From Ylistrum balloti (lineage: Eukaryota): 64,000 bases of DNA. The DNA is taken from assembly GCF_031769215.1 (NCBI RefSeq), contig NW_026782468.1, forward strand, positions 62,001 through 126,000, given 5' to 3'. The first letter of the stretch is position 1. Each line of letters begins with the position of its first letter. The notes under the pieces were generated by a model, which was given only the letters and a program-made list of their open reading frames with translations, was not told where the DNA came from and did no database searches. The translations under genes were made by a program, and so were the position numbers. Positions 41,254 through 52,500 of this stretch are shown here, one piece after another.

Positions 41254-41390
41254 CATGTGATCGTGTACATCTGACGGGACATGTGATTGTGTACATCTGA
41301 CGGGATATGTGATGTGTACATCTGACGGAACATGCGATCGTGTACATCTGACGGGGCATGTTATCGTGTACATCTGACGGGGCATGTGAT
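41254..41390. repeat. 26-bp minisatellite, unit-3 allele (about 5 copies)
   Basis: Same unit as 21745-22165. Confidence 0.85.
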
Positions 41391-42048
41391 AGTGTTTCTA
41401 CCATTCTACTTTAATTTATTCCACTCTCAGGCAATTGTGTAAATATGGCGGGTGTTGGATAAATATAAGTGATATTCCACTAGTGGTATATGGACTTCCG
41501 GTTACATGATTGGTGAACTTTGACCCCTTTGTTCCACGTGCGATTTGTTTAATACCGTCTGCTGTCAACATGGCTGAACTGGATACGCTTGAGGTGAATG
41601 TAGGTGATAAAATAAGGCTATGTGATGGGGAAAGGGTGTAATACGGGCAATTTCAAAAGCAGATAATAATGTTGGGTTTGATCGTTTCCAAATAGAGCTT
41701 AATTCGGGAAAGACTGTTACAGAGGCCAGGTATCGTTTCGACGTGACACCGGCTTGTCAGTGGTAGCCTGTATGTTTACAAATGCTTATACTCCGCCCCT
41801 TTCACGTCAGCTTACGTTATTGATACATTGTAGTACAATGTATTTGTAATGTTGCACTTGCTTACACCTAGACCTAACATTGTAGCCTTTTCATAATTTT
41901 AGTCGATTGAAGTCAAAATTAATCTTTTGAGCATAATTCCAGCCCAAAGTAATAAATTTCTTTAATTATTTCGGATGTCGGAATGGTGCATATATTGGCC
42001 TTGATTAAATTGCTTGTTATTTATTCAGTTCATATTCAGAGTTTAGAT

Positions 42049-44076
42049 TTATGCCTGTTTTTTATATAACCGGGTCTGATGAATAAGTCTGGGAGTAACA
42101 ATAACGGAAAAAGACAATATGTGTGTGATTATTAAGTTCCATTGCCACTCCGGGAAATTTATTGATTCACTTTCGACCCAATTCAATCCATTGAAACCTG
42201 AAAGAAAATATAGAAATAGGACAGAAAAAAAACCCAAAACAATTACTTGTATAAGTACCCTCATTGCCTTCAGTACCAAAGACATTGCCACGATCTTCAT
42301 TATCTCTGTAGTTAGTGAAACTGTATTATAGAACTGAAGAAAAAATCTTTACTGCCTAACTTGTAACCGATTAAAATATGTAGCTTAAATTCTTCAGCTC
42401 AAACAATAGCTTCAATGAATTCTGAACGGATCGCTAAGAACATTTGTTGAATTACCAACACTGTCACTTTGATTGACGACAAATCAGTTTACACGATAAT
42501 ATCACTGACTACAAATCAGTTCTACTTACTAGCAGTTCTTACAGTTACAGACAACCATTCTCAAGATAGTTTTATGGAATAATTAGCTGATCTCGAGATA
42601 TCATCACTGAATAAGTAACAGTTCTCACAATAGCTGTTCTGAGAGTTGTTCTCGTGTTATATTAAATGAACATACCTGTTCTCCTTTACCTCACAAATAT
42701 ACAAATATGTGTGCGTGCATTCTCGATCTCTCCATCGGAAAGTCAAATGAGAATGAGAATTACTGAGATGTCCTTCTAAACAGTCCACGTCAGAGGAGTG
42801 GTGATTGTCTGGCTCGCCCGAGTCCCAGTTAGTGTAACCCAGGTAATGACCACTTCCATACCACCTCCAGTCTCCTTCGACAAATATGTCATTCCCGCCG
42901 AGCCAAAAGTCACGATGGTCAGCTGAGTACAAAAGCAATCATTGATGAAATAAGAATGGATATAGTGACGATTCTTTTTCGTCCTTTTGATTGCAATCCA
43001 AAAGGTTTTGTACAACGATTGTTCATGTTTTCAAACATGTATTAAGGTAAATAAGAAAATAATACCGTCATCTGTGAAAGACACAGGAGTGAATGAAAAG
43101 CGCTCGAGACGTCGACAATACATCAGCGTTATCAATCTCAGTAACATAAATGAAAGCACAACCTACTATGAAATTTTGTAAGCATTTGCTTCAAGAAATT
43201 GTTCTCTTGTGCATCTTCAACTTCAGCGAGGTTGGCATGGAACGATGAACATGCGGCCTGTTAAAGATATCAAAGTTATTAAAGTTTTACATGGAGACAA
43301 CTGACATAGTACCACGAGAACAAGATACGTTTTTCGGAAGTTTAAGCAAATTCTGACGTCATCAAGAATTTCACCATGTGAACATTGGTCAAATTAAGTA
43401 TGTAATGTCAAGTTCCTAAATGAGAACAATGTTAACAAAAATGAAACCAAATGTCAGACTTACGATCACTGAACACGTCCAACCGCAAAATGCACACTCA
43501 AAAAAATCTCAATGACATCATTATGAAGAGTTTAAAACTTCCTCATGAATGGCTCTTTTTTATCTTAATAACATATATCAAATCAACGAATGACAAACTC
43601 AATCAGAACAACGACAGGAAAAGATGCAAATCAATTACGATGTTCCATAGCCAAATAAATCAAATATCAATAAAAACTTTAAATAAAAAAAAGTTATGAA
43701 TATTTATTAATTAGTCTTTGAAATGTATTCCAGACAATGTACAATCAAAGTCGTCTAAGTTACCGATGCAGCAGTCCAGTCTTTCCCCTCATCGGACACA
43801 AAATAGCAGGAACTATTATAGGTTTCCCAGCCGTTTGGACATCCACAGATCACTGGAAATCAATCAGCTATAAGCGTTAAACAAGGAACAAGCCATGTAG
43901 ACGTAAGTCGACACATGACTCTATATATTGTTAAAATATAACTATTAATTGGACATTTATATATAACTTCGAATAACACAAAACTTTGCATTAATTCATG
44001 AATTATATCATAACAAAGATTTTAAAACGTTAATGTTGTTGAAAAGTATATTACCGTGAAATAGTAAAACAAACAC
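42049..44076 (-). CDS. C-type lectin gene C3 (EPD/WRD); coding exons intact but putative start ATG>GTG, functional status uncertain
   Basis: Exons 44055-44076, 43764-43852, 43167-43257, 42676-42922, 42259-42305 and putative 42049-42197; no stops or frameshifts in the CTLD. Confidence 0.68.
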
Positions 44077-44452
44077 CTTCAGTGAAAATAGTGAAAACTT
44101 TAAATAAGTCCTCACATTGAATTCTTAAAGGACTATCTGAAGCAAAATCGTGTGATAAATCACTGCTACAGTATGTTTATACATGTATTATGATCAGAGG
44201 CACCAACGAAATGTATGTTATTATCTTCGAAAAACACTGCGAAATTTAATAACAAGTTTGATATTGATGCATATGAACACAAATCTTACCCTGACCCAAC
44301 ACAGCTGTGAAAATCAGACCGAATCTTGCAAGGTAAGTCATTGTAGATGTACCGTCACAAACCGACCTAGACTACATTATGGACGTGACCAACAGATAAC
44401 GACTGATCTTATAGCTGAATTCTTCACTTTTTAAAAAAGATAATACTGACAC

Positions 44453-44613
44453 TGTAATATCTTGTTTGTTACCCACGAGGAACAATCAACTCATAAGAAA
44501 TGGCGTCCAAGTGATACAACTGCTTTTATTAACCTCCACGACAGAAGAGCAAACGCTCAGGGTTATACTAAATACCCTACAGTAACACGTACCGGATTGA
44601 TCCATATATCACA
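44453..44613 (-). repeat. 3' LTR
   Basis: tg...ca ends; 9 mismatches in 161 bp vs the 5' LTR (manual count). Confidence 0.95.
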
Positions 44614-44625
44614 CTCCTCCCTCTT
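44614..44625 (-). promoter_or_regulatory. Polypurine tract
   Basis: Minus strand aagagggaggag abutting the 3' LTR. Confidence 0.85.
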
Positions 44626-44785
44626 TAAAATGTCAAGTTCAATACTCAAATTACACAAAATCTCTGTTGATTATTGTTAACCAGTCTTTGGTCTTCTGAA
44701 CTGAAAGAAACGATAATTCAACATTCACTGCAAATACTGTAATTAAAAGAGATCTCAATCACACTTATCACTGTCAATGATATGG

Positions 44786-47700
44786 CTAATAGCCAACAAA
44801 CAAATTCAACTTTTGTGGGGGCTGACGGTTCCTAGGTGGATTACGACGAACGACCGGGCTAGTGCTCGACACAACGGGTATCTGAATGTCACTCGTCGAC
44901 GATTCCAGCTGAGGAGTTGGAATCGGTGCTACGACTGCTGAGTCGTCATGTACAGAGATGGGCACCTTAAGTGTTTCAGGTTCCTTAGACGGTATTGGAG
45001 AACGCGAGAACGTCTCTGGTAGTACCACGGGTGTATCCACTTGCGACTGGTTTGAACCCGAATTAGACACCACGGATAAATCGTCAAATAACGGTTCCTC
45101 CCCTGACGATAAGATATGATCAACATGGGTGTAGCGAATGTTTGGTCCTACCCGTACGAGATAAGTAAGAGGACCTAGCTATCTCGCTATCGTACCCGGC
45201 ATCCACTTTTCCTGACCACTCCTCACCCGCACTCTCTGTTTCGAAGAGAATGTTCGAACCCGAACTCGCCCTTTGTCATGTTGTCGTTTTTGTTCAGCTT
45301 GCTTCCGTTGAACGCGACTTCCAGTGTCAGGTTTCAACAACGAGAGAGGTGTGCGTAGCTGACGCTGAAGAAATAATTCAGCTGGCGATACACCAGTAAC
45401 AGTCTGTGGAGTAGATCGATACTTCAGTAAGAAGTTACTGAGACTATGCTGAATTGTATATTGTTCATCACCATCAAAAACCTGCTTTTGAAGCGTTTGT
45501 TTCAAGATCTGGACTGAGCGTTCCGCTGCTCCATTTGAAGCTGGGTGATAGGGCGTTACTAGAGTATACTTGACCCGTTCCGTTTCATGAACTGTTCGAA
45601 CTCAGTTGAGGTAAACTGGGGGCCATTATCAGAGACAACATCTTCAGGTAGGCCATAAGAACTGAAGAGTGACCGAAGGACTTCGATAGTCCTCTCAGAA
45701 GTAGTGGTTGTCATATGAGTCACCTCAACCCACTTAGAGTGACTGTCCACAACCACAAGAAAATATCTCTTGTCTTTCTCCGCAAAGTCTATGTGGACAC
45801 GCTGCCAAACACGAGTAGGCCATGACCAGGAGTGAAGGGGTGTCACCGGGGGCATTTTCCTCGTAGCCTGACATGCATTACAGGCACTGACCACTGTTTC
45901 GATGTCTTTATCCAGGCCAGGCCACCACAGATAACTCCGGGCTAGAGATTTCATCCGGCTCATTCCAACATGCTGTTCATGTAGTTGGGCCAGAATACGC
46001 TCTCGATAGGCTTGTGGGATGATTACACGCAAACCCCACAACACACAACCCTGCTCAGTAGACAGTTCATTTCTGCGCTGATGAAATGGTTGCAGGTCGC
46101 GATCTGACAAATAATTAGGCCAACCTCGCAGTGTCAAGTACCTTCGACAGCACTACATCACGTCTCGTCCCCTTCGCAACGTCCTCAGATGTCACTGGTA
46201 AGTCATTCAACTGAGTGAAGTGGTAGACCTCCAATTCCTCCGACTTCCCGTCACTTTTGACAGGCAACCTCGAAAACGCGTCTGCATTGGCATGATGTTC
46301 GGCCCTCCGATACTCAATATCGTATCGATACGCGGACAATATAAGAGCCCATCGCTGCATCCTTGCGGCAGCTAAAGTCGGGACGCCGTTCTTGGGGCCT
46401 AAGATTGTAACTAACGGCTGGTGATCCGTCACCAGGGTGAACTGATGCCCATACAAATACTTGTGAAACTTCCGGACACCAAACACCAGACCCAAAGCTT
46501 CCTTCTCCACCTGAGCGTAATTCTTTTCACTCGCCGACAGAGTTCGTGACGCGTATGCAATGGGGCGCTCCTCTCCGTTGTCACAAATGTGGGAGATCAT
46601 AGCTCCGACCCCATAAGCAGATGCATCGCACGCTAACCGTAGCGGCTTGTTCATGTCGTAATGAACCAACACGCGATCACTTGACAACTGGTCCTTACAC
46701 GACCGAAACGCGCACTCGCACTGTAAGGTCCAGTTCCAGGACTTATCCTGTCGCAAAAGCTCGTGCAAAGGCTGCAACTTGGTCGACAGATTCGGCATAT
46801 ACTGACCATAATAGTTCAAAAGTCCTAAAAATGATTTCAGTTCAGACACATTTGTCGGACTTGGCGCGTTCTTGATCGCTTCGATTTTCGCCTCAGTGGG
46901 ATGGATTCCCTCGCGATCCACCATATGACCCATATACTCGACGGTGTCCTCCATGAACTTACACTTGTCCTCGCGTAGACGGACGTGGTGCTCCTCGAGT
47001 CTGCGCAACACTTCACCTAAGATCTTGATGTGTTCACTGTCGCTTGGTGCCGTAACCAGGATATCGTCGATACGACACATGGTATGCGGTACTCCCTGCA
47101 ATATCTGATCCATGACTGACTGAAAGATAGCGGGGGCCGATGCAACACCGAACGGTAACCGATGATACCTGAATAATTCCAGGTGTGTGGTTATGGTTAA
47201 ATATTTCTCTGAGGCCTCGTCTAATGTTAACTGCTGGTACGCCTGCGATAAATCCAACTTCATTAACTTCTGACCACCGGCCAGCTGTGCAAACATGTCT
47301 TCCACATTCGGAAGTGGATACTGTTGTTCATCCAAGCACTTGTTTACTGTCACCTTGAAGTCGCCACAATGGCGTATTGACTTTTCGGCCTTCGGCACAA
47401 TGACAACTGGAGTCGCCCAATCGCTTTGTTCGACTCGCGACACAATGCCTTCATTTTCAAGTCTATGAATCTCCTTCTCTAAGGCTTCCTTCAGGGAAAA
47501 AGGCACCGCCCGGGCCTTACAGAAAATGGGCTGTACATCCGACCGAACCTTTACTTGAGCCTTGAATTTCTGTATCGTTCCCAGACCTTTCTGGAACAGC
47601 TTGTGATGCTTGACCAACAGTTCCTAGACCGACGTATCAATGCGCTGCGACTGCACTGACTGGGTCACAGTAAATATACTTGGCCAATCGAGCTTGATGT

Positions 47701-48871
47701 GGCTTAGCCAGTTCCGACCCAACAACGATGGACGGTTGCCACATGCGACGCGCAACAACAAGTTATGGCTCTGATTTCCGTATGTCACCGGAACGGTTAT
47801 CTCACCGCGTAATGGCACGTTCACGCCACCATAGTCTTTAAGCTTGACCGTGGGCTTTTGCAAGGACAATTGCGAGAGATGATCAGTATACACCTTCTCC
47901 GAGCAAATAGTGACCGCGGCTCCTGTGTCAATTTCCATCTGAACTGGACAACCGTTCAAATCGAGGTTCACCTAATAGCCCTTATCAACACTAGCGACAT
48001 TATACAGGCCATATAAGAACTCATCATCCTTGAGTTCCTGCGCCTCCAGATACTTAGTCTTACTAATGTTAGTACCGCTTACAGACCCTTTTGACCTTTT
48101 GGTTGGACATTTTTTTCCAATATGTCCCTCTTTCTGACACACATAACACTGCGCATGCAGAAACTTACAGTCTGCTGTTGTATGTTTTCCACCACAGCGA
48201 AAACACCTTTTACCTGAGTCACTGTTGGTTCCCTCTGCCTTGTCCGAGTGTGATCTTTCAGTACCCCAGTACTTTGATTTCCGAGGCTTGTACTTCTGAC
48301 CTTTGTTCACAACATTGACTGAACCAATGGCCGGCTGCGACATTACCTCAGTGTTCTTTATCGCCATCTCCATGGCTAACGCGATTTCATTAGCCCTGGC
48401 TAGGTCCAAGTCTTTCTCGGCCAACAGTTTCTTTTGTATGACCTCACTCCGTAATCCGCATACTAGTCTGTCCCTCAAGGCCTGATTAAGGAAGTCCCTG
48501 AACTTACAATACTTTGCCAACTTCTTTAGGCTGACTACATAATCAGAAACTGATTCCCCCTCCCTCTGTTTACGATTGTGAAATTTAAACCGTTCTCCTA
48601 TCACGAGTGGTTTGGGGGAATAATGTCTAGTTAGTGCTGCCTTCAACTCCTCATACGATTTGGTACTGGGCAGCTCTGGGGTGAGAATGTTCCTAAGCAA
48701 AGCATATGTTTGCGGACCTACTACCGCTAGAAACACAGGGACCCGTTTAACGTCAGCTGTATCATTTGCGGCAAAAAACTGTTCCAGTCTCTCAACGTAA
48801 TAACTGAAATCCTCTTTGCCCTCTGCGAACTCGCCGATACGGCCTATTTTCGCCATGGTGCTTTCTTTCAA
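44786..48871 (-). pseudogene. Gypsy gag-pol polyprotein, disrupted by 3 in-frame TAG and 2 frameshifts
   Basis: gag zinc knuckles CFRCGGKH..DC and CYVCQKEGHIGKKC; protease IDTGA; RT LPFGVASAPAIFQ...RIDD; RNase H CDASAYGVGA; integrase H..H..C..C, HIDF, VSDNGPQF. TAG at 47972, 47624 and 45179; frameshifts near 46140 and 45570. Confidence 0.93.
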
Positions 48872-48903
48872 AACACAGAGTCGATCTTACCACAAGTTCC
48901 GTG

Positions 48904-48914
48904 CCTCGTCGCCA
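48904..48914 (-). promoter_or_regulatory. Primer binding site TGGCGACGAGG
   Basis: 1 nt inside the 5' LTR boundary; complementary to a tRNA 3' end ...CCUCGUCGCCA (recalled as tRNA-Ser GCU). Confidence 0.8.
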
Positions 48915-48915
48915 C

Positions 48916-49076
48916 TATAATATCTTGTTTGCTACCCACGTGGAACAATCAACTCATAAGAAATGTCGTCCAGGTGTTACAACTGTTTTTATTAACCTCC
49001 ACGACAGAAGAGCTAACGCCCAGGGTTATACTAAATACCCTACAGTAACACGTACCGGATTGATCCATATATCACA
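48916..49076 (-). repeat. 5' LTR
   Basis: Copy of 44453-44613; its 3' end reads TA instead of CA on the element strand. Confidence 0.95.
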
Positions 49077-49598
49077 GACACTTGTTCCGGACATTTCTGA
49101 AATAAATACAGGATAACAGAGGTGACGTTTTTCGTGTTATGAGACAAGTCCTAATTTAAAATACATGAATTGTAGATAAAGAGCAGATTTTTCGACTCAT
49201 GTGTGATATGCATGTGAAAATGACGATTTCCTTCCACAATTATCATTTGAATGCCGACCCAGGCGCGTGTCGCTTTATTTCCCTCGCTTCACATAGGGAC
49301 AGGGCTCTTCCGTTGATTGACTATAGACCGGTATAAAAATCGATCCTGTAAAACATCAGAATAATTCGGATTTATAATGAAGCTTAGGATTTAAACTTCA
49401 TATGACTATATAATTGTTTAATTATCAATAACGTAACATATAATGGGTTCTTCTGAGGACCACCTATATAGAACAGGGGAAGTGGATAAGACTATAGAAA
49501 AGTTAAAACTGGAATATTGTATTATTATCTAATGTTTATTTCCAACAAGTTACTACATTATTATTGAGTAACGGCACCAGTTGCAGGTTCAGTCACGC

Positions 49599-52500
49599 TC
49601 AGCCAATCACGATTGCTCCAGAACTGTCACTGAAAGTAAAGAAATTCATGTACTGGTGCATAAGTGATTTGGAGAGACTCTTCACAAACGAGGTTGTAAT
49701 TTCAAAAATAAGCTAACTGTGAATGTATCAATTAAATTTAATACTGGTATCCTTGTTAATGACACATTTGTATTATTTGAATTAAGAGATTGTTTAACGA
49801 TGTCAAGCAAGGCTTTAGGTCACCCTTTTATCCTTCTTTGAACAATTAACAAGCATCACTAACAGGACAGAATATCATTATCTATTTTACTGTTATGTTA
49901 GTCATTTGTTTATTTTTTTAAATTTCTTATTGTTTTTTTCTTTTGATGGAATCTTTCTTTGGTATTCTAAAATGCTCAAAAAATATCGTGTAAAGACCGT
50001 TTATTGAAATTGTCCTGAATTTTCGATATTCCTGTAATATCACTATGGCTGGTTTGAAACATTCGGCAAAATTAACACATAAAAACGTTGAAAGCACTAT
50101 CAACATTTAAGGAATCTCCAGTTTTTAAATATGCTTCTTCGCCTTAATGCAGACTTACCCGATCTCACAAATGAAGTTATTTTGTTCTTTGCACGGTCGA
50201 TCATCCCATCGATACTCTCGATTTTGCCTTATTGCAACAATCAAACAATCTTCTTGTTGGTTATGGTAGCTGTTTGGTTCGCCTGGGTACCAGTTTGTGT
50301 AGCTGAAAAGCTGGTCAGAGTATACCCATCGCCAGTCACCTTCCACAAATATGTCCGCCCCGCCTAACCAATATTCAGCATCATTCGAGTGGCCATCTAC
50401 AGAAATAAAACGACTCAGAAAAGAATAATGAATTGATTGTCAGTCTATCACAAAGACATCATGGGCACATGTAGAGTTTTGTATTGTTTTGAATTTGTAT
50501 ATAATTTACTTTTTGTTAACAACTGACGATAAGAAAAAAAAATAATGATGAAGATAATGGAAGATTGATATAATTTCACTATATGATTGTTTGATGCTCG
50601 TTAGCATGCCTAGTGATTTAGTTGTCGTCGTCTGTTATGAAACCACGACATTATTCCAGTTGATCTGGTTGATTATGGCAGTTGTCATCAACTTAACCTT
50701 AACGTAACGAATTACGGTCTTATTCATCGAGCGCATTTTAGAAAACCTAGTGCATTTTAAAGGTAACTTTGTCCTATTCTTAACATATTTTAAAAAATGA
50801 AACCTCTTCTTATTCTTCACGGTTTGTCTTGTGGAACCTTGCCTGATTCTTCACGTTTTCAAAAAGAAAATCTGGTGCTTATCTTTCACGTTTATCTAGG
50901 TCACCTGCTCTATCATTTATCTGTCTTTTCTTCTATAAGAATCCTGGTCTTATTCCACAGGTCCTTTCTAGGTAACTTTATTCTAATTTTCATGCGGTTT
51001 TTTTTTTCTTTTAAGAAACCTGGTTCTATTCTTCACGTATATTTTTTATTATGAGATCTGTTATCTATTCTTCTTGTTTTTAGAAAACCTGGTCTTTTTC
51101 TCGTGTTTTTTCGTAATCTTTTCTCATTCTTCACGTTTTCTTTATTATAGGTACTTTATCTTATGGTTCATGTTTAGAAATTATGTCTTCAGGTGTTTTT
51201 TTTATGAAACCTGTTTTTATTGTTCATTTCACGTGTTTTTTCGTAATCTTTTCTTATTCTTCACGTGTTTTTTTATAGGTACCTGATCTTAAATTTCACA
51301 TGTTGGTTAGAAATCATGTCTTGACGTGCTTTTTATCACATATGATATATATTTCCTTTGTTCATATTTTGAGTGATTTGGAGTTTTGAGGTATGTTTGC
51401 TCGTAATTCCTTATTTTTAGCACAAATTTATGTACAACTTTCATTTTCTCCATTTGAAATTCTCACTCGCTAAATGGGCTGAAAGGTCAGCTTGATATAT
51501 TAAAGGCCTATAAACAGTGATTTAAAAAACAGCACCTTACCATGATATTTCGAGATTATTTGTTTAAGAAAAGTGTCCTCCCTTGCGCTTTCAATTTCAG
51601 CAAGATGGGCATGATACAATCCACATGTTGACTGAAATTGTTAACAAATTCTTAAAATCAGCCTGGAAGTAACAACACCCCCAACCAAAACCTCGAAAAC
51701 GATAACCAAGTCATAATCATGATTATTTTTTATATTCTATTCAATTTACAAATTGTCATAAGAAAATAAAAACGACCAAGAAATCATTGCTGTGCGCTCT
51801 TTCAATCATTCAAAAATTCAAGAATCTGTTTCATTTCAACTAATTTCATTGTATAAAAATTTAGATGACTTAATAGACCTATACAAACCTTCAATATTGG
51901 TGGTTTAATATATACATTATATATTTTGCATATAATTATATAGGTATGATATATTTGTGAGTATGTTACCATTCATTCATACACACTCTTTTATTTCCAT
52001 TTACTCATGAGACACACTTTTACACTCTCAGACTTTATAGATCCATAGTAACCGTCAGTAATAACTAATTGACAGTACAATATTGAATTAAAATAAAAAT
52101 ATATAATAGCATATAAAAAAGAGTAATCATAGTTAGTAGGGGAAATTACACATTTTTTTTCTTTACAATTTTAACACTTTTATCAATGTCCGCAATTTCC
52201 TGATGATGAAATATATAGTAATGTATGTTATAGTAAACAATGGCAAAATAAACACAAACAACAAACAAATAATCATAATATTGTAGAGGCAGCAATATAC
52301 GTATCTACATGGGGTCAATTAACTTCATTTATTTCAAGAGATAAGTAAGATTCATAAAACCGATTAGAGTATGAGTAGACACAAAATTAAAGTCATTAGG
52401 ATAATGAACGACGTGTACTGATTTTTTTACAATTTAATTTTTTTATGGATGACCATAATGGTATGATGGGATAGTAGAAATATAATCAACAAAATTATGT

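Larger units (their letters stand above)
44453..49076 (-). mobile_element. Full-length degenerate Ty3/Gypsy LTR retrotransposon (4624 bp, single gag-pol, Mag-like)
   Basis: 161-bp LTRs at 44453-44613 and 48916-49076, 5-bp TSD GACAC on both sides, PBS next to the 5' LTR, PPT next to the 3' LTR, domain order gag-PR-RT-RH-IN. Confidence 0.95.
37615..51988. repeat. Tandem segmental duplication unit 3 (about 14.4 kb, most diverged; carries MITE and Gypsy)
   Basis: Colinear with units 1 and 2, about 4% diverged in the C intron 3 compared; continues into unique D intron 2 after acacactc at 51988. Confidence 0.9.

Noticed and set aside
47972-47974. Programmed stop-codon readthrough between gag and pol
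   Set aside because: Context GY*VNLDLNG fits a mutated Trp codon, and two other in-frame TAGs show general decay
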